64,000 bases of DNA from an uncultured Mageeibacillus sp. (GCA_964528645.1 CAZGSR010000011.1:405-64404), one strand, 5' to 3'; positions 1-8,564 are shown, counted from the stretch's first letter. The notes: a model not told the origin generated them from the letters alone. A program made the numbers and translations.

Positions 1-87
1 CTTGCTTAACCGACAATACAGGGCGGTCATTTTGCCTTGCTCCATTTGATTTGATTGCATAGTCCAAACCTCCAGATTATTTGCTAG

Positions 88-405
88 TTGAAATATATCT
101 GTGAACTCTGGGCTGCTTCAAGAATCGATTATGACCAGTTTAATCGGACTTCGATGATCTCAGAAGCTTGCGTCTTCAATCTTCTACAAATCGGTGAAAT
201 GTGAAATAGAGATCTTTCCGATGCGTTGAAAGAAAAATATGATCATGTTCCATGGCGACAGATATACGGTTTAAGGAATCGAATCGTTCACGGATATGAT
301 GACGTTCAGCTGAATATCATCTGGGAAACGATCCAAGAAGTAAAGTGCAGAATTTTCCCCAGTACAAAGAATTCGGCAGTCAAAGTACACAGTTTTCGGC
401 AATGA
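88..405 (+). pseudogene. HepT/DUF86 (HEPN-type) toxin remnant interrupted by an in-frame TGA
   Basis: My own translation of the frame starting at 88 reads ...SEACVFNLLQIGEM*NRDLSDALKEKYDHVPWRQIYGLRNRIVHGYDDVQLNIIWETIQE... RNRIVHGY fits the DUF86 R-x4-6-H motif. There is an in-frame TGA at 202-204 and no start codon after the TAG at 85-87. It is absent from the ORF track because it is split. Confidence 0.55.
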
Positions 406-435
406 AAATACAGAGATTTCGGCAACGGCGTTGCC
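345..435. repeat. Three to four degenerate ~22-bp tandem repeats ending in a small GGCAAC/GTTGCC hairpin
   Basis: The units are GAATTCGGCAGTCAAAGTACAC (369-390), AGTTTTCGGCAATGAAAATACAG (391-413) and AGATTTCGGCAACGGCGTTGCC (414-435), with a weaker copy at 345-368. They share a TT(T/C)GGCA...AAA.TACA core. Confidence 0.4.
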
Positions 436-523
436 TGTTCGAACTCTACCACAACAAGGTCATGGGGATCAAGCTGAGAGGCTGGAAACCCAGCCCCTCA
501 ACCTGAAAATCATAAGACTGCAT

Positions 524-709
524 TCAACGGTTATCGCGAATTATCTTGCGGATGTTTTCGGCGATATCCTGTTCTGACCATTCATAGTCAACCGGCTCAC
601 TGCCAAATATTTCGAGAATTTGTTGCTTTTGCGCTTCTGTAAACCAGTGGTGCAGGCCTCCAGTATAAATTTTGTAAGCGTTTTGTATGATATTGATAGA
701 GTATCTCAA
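524..709 (-). CDS. Hypothetical small protein (61 aa) directly downstream of the ParE-like toxin
   Basis: Supported by the ORF track only. It has a TTG start, no convincing SD and no recognisable motif. I kept it because it lies 31 nt after the toxin stop on the same strand. Confidence 0.2.
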   Translation of the reverse strand: MRYSINIIQNAYKIYTGGLHHWFTEAQKQQILEIFGSEPVDYEWSEQDIAENIRKIIRDNR

Positions 710-740
710 TAGTGAAATGCCGTAAGAACGTTCCTAAAAT

Positions 741-1052
741 TTATTTGATCAGTGAATCCACGTTCATCCGACCGTAAAGAATTCGACTGATTTCAACAAT
801 TTTTTCATGCTCGATCACTGTATAAAAAACGAGATAGTTATTGACTGGAAGGATTCGATACTCGCATTCCAAAGCCTTTATGGGGATATAGACACGGTGA
901 GAATAAGGAAATTTCCCCAAAATCTCTATTGAGTGTTCCAAATCATCCAGCAAATCCAGCGCTGCCTTTGGCGCATGCAATTCCGTTGAAATATATCCAA
1001 CAATTTCCGCTAAATCAGTTTTGGCTTGCGGAAGATACTGGATCTTATACAT
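741..1052 (-). CDS. Type II toxin, RelE/ParE family
   Basis: The 103-aa protein begins MYKIQYLPQAKTDLAEIVGYI and ends NNYLVFYTVIEHEKIVEISRILYGRMN, typical of RelE/ParE-fold toxins. It overlaps the upstream Phd/YefM gene by 8 nt. It is a paralog of 31956-32270. Confidence 0.8.
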   Translation of the reverse strand: MYKIQYLPQAKTDLAEIVGYISTELHAPKAALDLLDDLEHSIEILGKFPYSHRVYIPIKALECEYRILPVNNYLVFYTVIEHEKIVEISRILYGRMNVDSLIK

Positions 1053-1332
1053 TCTTCTGCTCTGCCTGGTTTAATAGTTCACGACGCAAACTGTTGAAAA
1101 CATCTTTATGTGAAAACCTCTGACTGGTTAGCTTCGCTTCCAATTCAGCCTCTTTCAATTTGAAGTAGATTTCACTTTCAAACTGGAGTTTTTCAAATGC
1201 CTCAATACTCATAACGACCATATCGCCATGGCCGTTCTTGGTTAAAAAGACTGGCTCTTCGGTTTCATGCACGATTCTCGAAATATCAGTGAAATGGTTT
1301 CTCAAATCGGATACAGGTCTGATCTGTGGCAT
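1045..1332 (-). CDS. Type II antitoxin, Phd/YefM family
   Basis: MPQIRPVSDLRNHFTDISRIVHETEEPVFLTKNGHGDMVVMSIEAFEKL is a Phd/YefM N-terminal signature. The ATG at 1332 lies 8 nt after GAGGGGG, whereas the ORF-track GTG at 1341 has no spacer. Confidence 0.85.
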   Translation of the reverse strand: MPQIRPVSDLRNHFTDISRIVHETEEPVFLTKNGHGDMVVMSIEAFEKLQFESEIYFKLKEAELEAKLTSQRFSHKDVFNSLRRELLNQAEQKNV

Positions 1333-1358
1333 CTTCAGCACCCCCTCAGTTTGAGTTT

Positions 1359-1387
1359 ATATTATCATAATTATGATAAATCACCAA
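1359..1387 (-). promoter_or_regulatory. Putative promoter with palindromic operator for the Phd/ParE operon
   Basis: The minus strand reads TTGGTG, a 17-nt spacer, then TAATAT. The spacer contains a perfect 18-bp palindrome TTATCATAATTATGATAA (1362-1379). Confidence 0.5.
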
Positions 1388-1452
1388 GTTTGGTTATTTG
1401 GAACAACAAATAGAAGATTCAGCAATATGTCCGAGAAACGCTTCTATTATTT

Positions 1453-2570
1453 CGGAAACAAACACTAGGAAATTAGACTGAGTTATGATATAGTTAATCC
1501 ATGGATTTTATTGACTTGAGAAAACTCAACCGGGATGAACTCGCAACAGTACGCAGACAAGTCGTACGCTTAAAAAAGAAAGGTTTAAAAGGCAAAGAGA
1601 TCGAATCTCTAACTGGCGTACGTATGAATCGCATCAGCGAAATCTGGTCTATGTACAAAGAAGGCGGGAACGAAGCGATTGCGCCTCAGAAAACAGGGCG
1701 CAAGCCAGGCAGCTGCACCCTGCTGACACAACAGCAGGAAAAGGAAATTCGAGAGATTATTATTGACAAGACGCCAGATCAAATGAAGATGTCGTTTGCG
1801 TTATGGACAAGGCAGGCCATCTGTGATCTGGTCAAACGCAAGTATCGAATCAATCTGTCTTTACGTAGCGCGACAAATTATCTGAAAAAGTGGGGATTCA
1901 CATGCCAGAGGCCAACGAAGAAGGCCTATTCCCAAGATGACATCAAAGTGAACCGCTTCATGAAGGAAGAATATCCAGCGATTTCGATACGTGCGGTGGT
2001 TGAAAATGCTGAGATCTACTGGGGCGACGAGACTGGGATAAGCAATCAGGAATATTATCAGAGAGGATTTTCCCCCAAAGGCATCACACCGGTTATGCGT
2101 GTGGAGGCCAAGCACGAACGGATCAATATGATATCTGCCATCACCGGGCGCGGCAGTCTGCGCTTTATGATTTATGACGGTGCTATGAATCAGAAGCTCC
2201 TGATCAACTTTATGAAACGCCTCGTAAAGGATGTGGATCGAAAAGTATTTCTCATCTTGGATAATCTGAGAGTGCATCACGGAAAAGTTGTCGCAGCCTG
2301 GCTTGAGAAAAACAAGGACAAAATTGAGGTCTTTTTCATTCCGCCATATTCACCGGAACTTAATCCAGATGAATATTTGAACCACGTACTCAAGAAGGAT
2401 GTTCACGCTGGTATAAGACCCAGGACCAAGGCGGATTTGCATAGCAAGACCGAGTCTTTTTTGAGGAGGATGCAGCACAATTGCGATAAGGTCAGGAAAC
2501 TGTTTCATCACCCGCGGCTAAAATATATCCGGGACTGTGCGTGCTGATTAATTCCTACCGATTGTTGCCG
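1453..2570 (+). mobile_element. IS630-family insertion sequence (boundaries approximate)
   Basis: A single transposase ORF is flanked by imperfect inverted repeats: CGGAAACAAACACTAGGAAATTA (1453-1475) and TAATTCCTACCGATTGTTGCCG (2549-2570), the latter matching as its reverse complement. I could not resolve a TA target-site duplication. Confidence 0.65.
1501..2547 (+). CDS. IS630-family DDE transposase
   Basis: The 348-aa protein has an N-terminal HTH. DDE-type blocks are IYWGDETGIS, FLILDNLRVHH and FIPPYSPELNPDEYLN, characteristic of IS630/Tc1-mariner transposases. Confidence 0.9.
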   Translation: MDFIDLRKLNRDELATVRRQVVRLKKKGLKGKEIESLTGVRMNRISEIWSMYKEGGNEAIAPQKTGRKPGSCTLLTQQQEKEIREIIIDKTPDQMKMSFALWTRQAICDLVKRKYRINLSLRSATNYLKKWGFTCQRPTKKAYSQDDIKVNRFMKEEYPAISIRAVVENAEIYWGDETGISNQEYYQRGFSPKGITPVMRVEAKHERINMISAITGRGSLRFMIYDGAMNQKLLINFMKRLVKDVDRKVFLILDNLRVHHGKVVAAWLEKNKDKIEVFFIPPYSPELNPDEYLNHVLKKDVHAGIRPRTKADLHSKTESFLRRMQHNCDKVRKLFHHPRLKYIRDCAC

Positions 2571-2770
2571 GGGTAATAATCAATGGACACCATGAAATGG
2601 GTGCGACAGTTCCAGAAACGGAGGCCAACAAGCTGCTGCTGCCTTACCTGAGAGAAATGGTCAATGAACCGAATGCCGAGCGTTTTTTCCAATACAACCG
2701 GCCAGGTGACACCACATGGCAGAAAGATGCGGCAATCGCATTCCTCGGTCGGCCTATCGACCCGGTGTCT

Positions 2771-4192
2771 TCAGATGATAGGACTCGCTTCAATCTCGAA
2801 AGTCAGATCATCCAGGTCCGCTCTGAGGGTTGCGTAATCGGCACCTTTTCGCCAGGTGATCGCCAGTTTGTTCGATGGCGTATCCAGAACGGTGATATCC
2901 CCCAGGAATGCTGGGTGCTGATTGCGAAACCGCATCAATTCGATCAGTGACTGGACGACAGGCCGCTGGACCTCTTGGGCAATTTCTTCGTTTGTATAGC
3001 TATGACGGTTGATTTCACGGCCTTCCTTGGTCTTTTCGATGCGCTCGATGTCATTGCGGCCGGCAAGCATGCCAACATAGTAGACTTGGGGGATGCCTGG
3101 TGCGAAGAATTGGATCGCTCTGGAGAGGAGATAGGCATCATCATGGTCTCCCAGGGCGGAATAGTAGGTGCAGTTGATCTGGTAGATGTCCAAGTTGTTG
3201 TAGGCGGTCGTGTTGTAGACTTTCTTGACGTTGGCCCCTCGTGTGAACAGGGCTTCACGGGTGGCTTCGATCTCCTCGTCTGACAAGAGGTCGCGGACAT
3301 CGACTACGCCAATACCATCATGAGTATCAAGTGTCGTGAACTGGTTACGCGGGCAGATTTCAAGCCAGTTTCTGAGGCGGTCGGATGATTTGGCATAGAT
3401 GGTGTGCAGGACGAGCATCGGTAATGCAAAGTCGTACACGGGGAACCCCTGATCGGCAATTTTGAGCTGGATCGAATAGTGTTCATGGATTTCAGGCAGA
3501 ATCGATACAGCGTGTTCCTGGGTCAGTGCTTCGATGTCATGGAGCAGGTCCCAGATTTCTGGTTCGACAAAAAAGCAATTGGAGTCGACTTTTTTGATGG
3601 CATAGGCAAAGGCATCCAGGCGAATCATCGCTGCCCCATGGTCGATCATCCCCAGCAGAGTGTCGCGGATAAACGCCCGGGTGACTGGCGTTGTGACATC
3701 GAGGTCGATCTGCTCATCACCAAAGGTGCACCAGACCTTCTCACGACTGCCATCGGCGAACTGGGCTTCGAAATAGGGCGCTTTTGGCTTGCGTTTATAG
3801 ATGGCATCGACCTGGGCCGGGGTTGGCTCGCCGCCAGGCCAGAAATCCTTGTAGCGGATGAACAGGTCCTTCCACTCGGATTCGTCCTTTTTGGCGAGGA
3901 AATCCTGGAAGTGTGGGGAATGCTGCGAGATGTGGTTGACCATGAAATCAAACATCAGCTGATAATGCTCACTCAATTGTTGGATATCAGACCAATCTCC
4001 AAAAGCTGGGTCTACTTGATCATAGCGCATCGGGGCAAATCCGCGATCCGCTGATGATGGAAAAAATGGCAGGATATGGACAGCACCCAATGCACCCTTG
4101 AAATGGGTGTCAAGATTCAGGGACAATGATTTTAAATCGCCGCCCATGCTATCTGCATAGGTGATCAGCATGATTTTATTATCTATCGTCAT
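2771..4192 (-). CDS. Sucrose phosphorylase-like glucoside phosphorylase (GH13 subfamily 18 type)
   Basis: The 473-aa protein contains IMLITYADS, FDFMVNHIS, MIRLDAFAY (nucleophile Asp), LPEIHEHY (acid/base Glu) and TLDTHDGIG. The exact substrate cannot be decided from sequence alone. Confidence 0.85.
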   Translation of the reverse strand: MTIDNKIMLITYADSMGGDLKSLSLNLDTHFKGALGAVHILPFFPSSADRGFAPMRYDQVDPAFGDWSDIQQLSEHYQLMFDFMVNHISQHSPHFQDFLAKKDESEWKDLFIRYKDFWPGGEPTPAQVDAIYKRKPKAPYFEAQFADGSREKVWCTFGDEQIDLDVTTPVTRAFIRDTLLGMIDHGAAMIRLDAFAYAIKKVDSNCFFVEPEIWDLLHDIEALTQEHAVSILPEIHEHYSIQLKIADQGFPVYDFALPMLVLHTIYAKSSDRLRNWLEICPRNQFTTLDTHDGIGVVDVRDLLSDEEIEATREALFTRGANVKKVYNTTAYNNLDIYQINCTYYSALGDHDDAYLLSRAIQFFAPGIPQVYYVGMLAGRNDIERIEKTKEGREINRHSYTNEEIAQEVQRPVVQSLIELMRFRNQHPAFLGDITVLDTPSNKLAITWRKGADYATLRADLDDLTFEIEASPII

Positions 4193-4504
4193 AGGAGTCT
4201 CCTTCTGGTCCTCTTAGACCATCACTGGAAAATTTCTGAGCAGTTGATCCATGCTCTATGTTTAATATACATAAAATATGATGAAATGTCATACGATTGA
4301 TATAAATAAATATGCATAAAATCTTCACGCGATTTTTGTTAAATCTATGGATATTTTCGCACGCTTTTTGCTGTTTGAACGGACAGATTCTGCTGGATCT
4401 CAAGAAAATCCACCTTTCATGTATTTTATCGAGTTAATTTGGGAAAACCATCCTTCTATACTGAAAGCATCAGGGACCTGAAACATTGGTGTAGGAGGAC
4501 GACT

Positions 4505-4906
4505 ATGAAGAGAATTCTTGCAATCATGATGATTGCATCCATTGCACTTTCGCTCCTGGCTGGCTGCGGCCAGTCTGGACAATCGACAACCGCCGAGCAG
4601 ACAACGCAGGCAGAACAGACATCGACAACCCAGGCAGCCAGCAAACCAGATTCAATTTCATTCATGTACCAGGGAACCGATCGCCAGCAGGCTGCAATCA
4701 AGGCGGCCGCCGAAAAATTCACCGCTCAGACGGGCATTAAAGTAGAACTAAACTATGCACCTCATGACGTTTATCAAGAGCAGTTGAGTGGTGCGATAGC
4801 TGCCAAGAAAATTCCGGATGTTGTTCAGCTGGATGCGCCATTCCTCTCCAATTTGGCCTGGTCGGGTGTGATCACACCGGTCAAGATGACAATGTATGGC
4901 TGTTGA
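4505..4906 (+). pseudogene. Truncated sugar ABC transporter substrate-binding lipoprotein
   Basis: The ATG at 4505 follows GGAGGA. It has the lipoprotein signal MKRILAIMMIASIALSLLAGC, a Thr/Gln-rich linker, then ISFMYQGTDRQQAAIKAAAEKFTAQTGIKVELNY, typical of family-1 solute-binding proteins. The ORF ends after about 134 aa, whereas such proteins exceed 400 aa, and no permease genes follow. Confidence 0.55.
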
Positions 4907-5082
4907 TTTAGTTCCCGGATTGATTTTATAAATTCCAAACCATCCATACGTGGCATTCGAACATCGGTCACAATGATATCCATACCGTAAATACAATCTG
5001 GACCTATTCTGAAGCTGGAAACAGTGCTGTCAATTTAATTTCGGTTTAGAGCGTACAGGTCTTTTTGTCAAAAGAGAAAGGC

Positions 5083-5135
5083 TGTTATATTGATGTTAAA
5101 TCACATGATGAAATCGATGTTTCTCATGGTAATAT
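5083..5135 (+). promoter_or_regulatory. Possible Pho-box-like direct repeats plus -10 element upstream of pstS
   Basis: TGTTAT (5083-5088) and TGTTAA (5094-5099) repeat with 11-bp periodicity. They are the reverse complement of Bacillus-type TT(A/T/C)ACA PhoP half-sites. A TAATAT lies at 5130-5135. Confidence 0.25.
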
Positions 5136-5256
5136 AGGGAGGTCGGCTCGTTTTTTGGAGAACAGATGGCATTTTGGTTGTGCGAACCAGCTGCTTGTGA
5201 AAAAGAATTCCTGGCCAAGCCTGAGCTGTTGTAACTTTGAGTTTAAGGAACGTTAT

Positions 5257-6108
5257 ATGGACCCGTTTTTATCGATCAAGCGGCGCAACAGAAACCTGCT
5301 TAAACTGGCCGGGATTTTCCTGGTCAGCACAAGCCTTCTTCTATTATCCGGCTGTAGCCAGGCGCAGAAGGCGCATCAGATCATCATCGCTGGATCAACG
5401 TCGGTCCAGCCTTTTGCTGAAATCCTCGCCGAGGAATACATGAAATTACACCCGGATATCAGCATCGATATCCAGGGGGGAGGATCCTCGTCCGGGATCA
5501 AGGCGGCTTTGTCCGGCACTGCTGCGATCGGGATGTCCTCGCGCGATCTGAAGGGCGATGAGCAGTCCCTCTGGTCGGCGGAAATCGCCCGTGATGGCCT
5601 GGCGATCATCGTTCATCCGGACAATCCCGTCACTGAACTGACGAGTGCACAGGTCCAGGACATTTACATCAAAGCGGTGGATAACTGGGCGCAGCTCGGT
5701 GGGCAGGATGGTAACATTCATCTCTTCACCCGCGAAGAGGGTTCGGGAACCCGCGACGCTTTCGTCAGCCTGGCGATGGACAACGCGGATGTCACCCCCA
5801 AAGCCATGGTGCAGGATTCCAATGGTGCCGTCCGGCAGCTGGTCGGTGACGACCCGGGTGCGATCGGGTATATCTCATTGGGACTGGTCAACGAACAGGT
5901 CAAACCGGTCGTTCTGGATGGAGTGACGGCAAGTCACGAGAACATCATCAATGGCTCTTATAAGCTCTCCCGGCCTTTTCTGTTCGTTTCAAATGGAGAT
6001 CCGGAAGGCATCGCCAAGGACTTCATCGATTTTGTCTTGTCAGAAGAGGGGCGTCAGATCCTGACCCGCGAGGGTCTGGTCACTCGCGATGCGGAGGTGC
6101 AGTCATGA
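5257..6108 (+). CDS. pstS: Phosphate ABC transporter substrate-binding lipoprotein PstS
   Basis: The ATG at 5257 follows AAGGAA. It has the lipobox LLLLSGC and the motifs IIIAGSTSVQPF, GGGSSSGI and EEGSGTR. The 64 upstream codons in the ORF-track call are judged non-coding. Confidence 0.9.
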   Translation: MDPFLSIKRRNRNLLKLAGIFLVSTSLLLLSGCSQAQKAHQIIIAGSTSVQPFAEILAEEYMKLHPDISIDIQGGGSSSGIKAALSGTAAIGMSSRDLKGDEQSLWSAEIARDGLAIIVHPDNPVTELTSAQVQDIYIKAVDNWAQLGGQDGNIHLFTREEGSGTRDAFVSLAMDNADVTPKAMVQDSNGAVRQLVGDDPGAIGYISLGLVNEQVKPVVLDGVTASHENIINGSYKLSRPFLFVSNGDPEGIAKDFIDFVLSEEGRQILTREGLVTRDAEVQS

Positions 6109-6956
6109 AACGCCTGCTCGACAGACTGCCGGGGTTCATTTTTCTTCTGATTGCCTTATCTGCCTTGTCTGCACTGGCCCTGATCATTGTCTTTATCTTC
6201 TACGAAGGCATCCCGATCATCGCCAAGGTTGGCCTGGGCCAGTTCACCCTGGGGATGTCCTGGGCACCGGGCAAAGGTGAATTCGGCATCCTGCCGATGA
6301 TTATTGGCACGGTTTCAGTCACGCTTGGTGCAGCCGTCCTAGGTGTGCCGGTCGCGATCTTGACCAGCATTTTCCTGACGGAATTTGCCCCGGCTGCTGT
6401 CAGCCGGATTGTCCGCCCGGCGATTCAGCTGCTGGCGGGTATTCCGTCGGTCGTCTATGGTTTCTGGGGCCTGACCTTCATCGTTCCTTACATCCGTCTC
6501 TGGATCGGTGGCCCGGGTCTTTCGGTCCTGGCTGGATCGGTGATTCTGGCGATCATGATTCTGCCAACTGTTATCAGCATCACGGAGGTATCGCTCCTGG
6601 CTCTGCCGCGAACGTATAAGGAGGGCTCTCTCGCAATCGGTGCAACGCAGTGGCAGACGGTCTGGTTTGTCCAGCTTCCAGCCGCCAAGTCCGGCATCAT
6701 GGCGGCGGTCATTCTCGGCATCGGGCGCGCAGTCGGCGAAACCATGGCTGTCATCATGGTCCTGGGCAATGCCGTTGCCCTTCCGGAATCCTTGCTTGAT
6801 CCGGCCCGTACCCTGACGACCAATATCGGTATCGAGATGGGCTATGCTTCGGGCGATCATCAACAGGCTCTGTTTGCCACCGGTATCGTCCTCCTGGTCA
6901 TCGTCATGAGTCTAAATTCCATTGCCCAGGCTACTTTGAAAAGGAGTCAACGATGA
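6105..6956 (+). CDS. pstC: Phosphate ABC transporter permease PstC
   Basis: This 283-aa polytopic permease overlaps pstS by 4 nt and has the EAA-type loop SLAIGATQWQTVWFVQLPAAKSGI. Confidence 0.9.
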   Translation: MKRLLDRLPGFIFLLIALSALSALALIIVFIFYEGIPIIAKVGLGQFTLGMSWAPGKGEFGILPMIIGTVSVTLGAAVLGVPVAILTSIFLTEFAPAAVSRIVRPAIQLLAGIPSVVYGFWGLTFIVPYIRLWIGGPGLSVLAGSVILAIMILPTVISITEVSLLALPRTYKEGSLAIGATQWQTVWFVQLPAAKSGIMAAVILGIGRAVGETMAVIMVLGNAVALPESLLDPARTLTTNIGIEMGYASGDHQQALFATGIVLLVIVMSLNSIAQATLKRSQR

Positions 6957-7792
6957 TGCGGCTGAATCCCAAAATGACGCAAGTCCTGGCCAAAGCGCTG
7001 ATCTGGGGATCGGCTCTTCTGGTGATCGTCTTGCTGCTCTTCATTCTGCTTTTCGTCCTGATCAAAGGCTTGCCAACCTTGAGCTGGCAATTTTTGACCG
7101 AAAATCCCCGTGACATGGGTCGTTCAGGCGGAATTTTCTCGACCATCATCAGCACGATCCTGGTCACGCTCGTTTCTGTTGCAGTTGCCACACCGTTCGG
7201 CGTAGGAACGGCGCTGTATCTGACCGAATTCACACGCGAAGGCCTGGCGACTCGGATCATCCGTTTCAGTGCGGATACGCTGGCGGCGATTCCCTCGATC
7301 GTCTATGGCCTGTTCGGCTTCATCTTTTTTGTCATCAACCTGAACATGGGCTGGTCGATCCTGTCGGGCGGCCTGACGATGGCGATGATGATTTTGCCGA
7401 CGATCATCCGGACGGCAGAAGAAGCCATCCTCGCGATTCATCCGCTCTACCGCGAAGTCAGCTTTTCCCTCGGCGGCACCAAAATGCAGACCATCCTCGG
7501 CGCCGTCCTGCCTTCAGCTCTGCGCGGCATCATGACCGGTGTCATCTTGTCCATCGGCCGTTGTGTCGCCGAGACTGCGGCAGTCATTCTCACAGCTGGA
7601 TCGTCACTCAGACTACCGGAATCCGTTTTTTCACCCGCCCGGACCATGGCGGTACACTTCTACATCCTGGTTCGCGAGGGTATCTCCATGGAACGTGCTT
7701 ACGGCACAGCAGCGGCTCTGATCATCCTGATCCTGATCATTAATGTCGGAGCCAATATGCTGATCAATCGATTTGTGGCGAAAAACCACTGA
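6953..7792 (+). CDS. pstA: Phosphate ABC transporter permease PstA
   Basis: This 279-aa polytopic permease overlaps pstC by 4 nt and has the loop SFSLGGTKMQTILGAVLPSALRGI. Confidence 0.9.
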   Translation: MMRLNPKMTQVLAKALIWGSALLVIVLLLFILLFVLIKGLPTLSWQFLTENPRDMGRSGGIFSTIISTILVTLVSVAVATPFGVGTALYLTEFTREGLATRIIRFSADTLAAIPSIVYGLFGFIFFVINLNMGWSILSGGLTMAMMILPTIIRTAEEAILAIHPLYREVSFSLGGTKMQTILGAVLPSALRGIMTGVILSIGRCVAETAAVILTAGSSLRLPESVFSPARTMAVHFYILVREGISMERAYGTAAALIILILIINVGANMLINRFVAKNH

Positions 7793-7802
7793 CAGGGGCA
7801 CT

Positions 7803-8564
7803 ATGACTGAGCAACCCAAGATCGCAATCCGCGATTTCAGCTTTTACTATGGCAAACACCAGGCGATCCAGTCCATCAACGTGGACATCCATGCGAATGA
7901 AATCTTTTCGCTGTTCGGTCCGGCCAACAGTGGTACCACGACACTGCTGCGGGCTCTAAACCGGCTCAGTGATCTGGTGCCAGGGGCGCGGACAGAGGGG
8001 CAGATCCTGATCGATGGGCAAGACATTCACGCGGAAGACGTGATTGTCACGGATCTGCGCCGCCGGGTCGGCATGGTCTTTGAAGAACCCGTGCCGCTGC
8101 CGATGTCGATCTTTGACAACATCGCCTATGGGCCCCGGATGCGCGGCATCCGCAACAAAGCCGTGCTCGCGGAACGAGTGGAGGAGTCCCTGAAGCTGGC
8201 TGTCCTCTGGGATGAGGTCAAAGACCGGCTGCACACGTCCGCGCTGCGTTTGTCTGGTGGGCAGCAGCAACGGCTCTGCATCGCCCGCATTCTGTCGCTC
8301 GGACCGGAAATCATGCTCTTAGACCGCCCCTGTGCTGCCCTGGATCCGATTTCGACCGCCAAAATCGAAGACTCCCTGGTCCTGCTCAAGGAAAAAGTGA
8401 CCATCGTCCTGATCCCTCACAACACCCAGCAAGCAGTGCGTGTCGCTGACCGTGCTGGCTTCATGCTGATGGGGGAAATGGTCGAGCAAGGCCCGGCCGA
8501 ACGGCTCTTTACCGTCCCTGAGGACAACCGGACGAGCGACTACATCACTGGCCGGTTTGGCTGA
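7803..8564 (+). CDS. pstB: Phosphate ABC transporter ATP-binding protein PstB with degenerate Walker A and Walker B motifs
   Basis: The start is the ATG at 7803. FYYGKHQAIQ, the signature LSGGQQQRLCIAR, the H-loop IPHN and the C-terminal DYITGRFG are PstB-like. However, Walker A reads GPANSGTT (Lys replaced by Thr) and Walker B reads MLLDRP (catalytic Glu replaced by Arg). Confidence 0.85.
   Translation: MTEQPKIAIRDFSFYYGKHQAIQSINVDIHANEIFSLFGPANSGTTTLLRALNRLSDLVPGARTEGQILIDGQDIHAEDVIVTDLRRRVGMVFEEPVPLPMSIFDNIAYGPRMRGIRNKAVLAERVEESLKLAVLWDEVKDRLHTSALRLSGGQQQRLCIARILSLGPEIMLLDRPCAALDPISTAKIEDSLVLLKEKVTIVLIPHNTQQAVRVADRAGFMLMGEMVEQGPAERLFTVPEDNRTSDYITGRFG

Noticed and set aside
202-204. Possible TGA recoding (Sec, Trp or Gly) in the HepT frame.
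   Set aside because: Many genes in the window terminate with TGA at positions that match expected protein ends (for example glmM, pstB and the transposase). No SECIS-like hairpin follows. A nonsense mutation in a pseudogene is the simpler reading.
2597-2950. A 117-aa plus-strand ORF between IS630 and the phosphorylase gene.
   Set aside because: Its second half overlaps the well-supported phosphorylase 3' end on the opposite strand. The first half has no SD or motif. It could be a fragment of something disrupted by the IS, but I cannot support that.
5065-5256. A 64-codon N-terminal extension of pstS in the ORF track.
   Set aside because: The extension has no signal-peptide logic and no SD. 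The ATG at 5257 has AAGGAA upstream and starts a standard lipoprotein signal with the lipobox LSGC.
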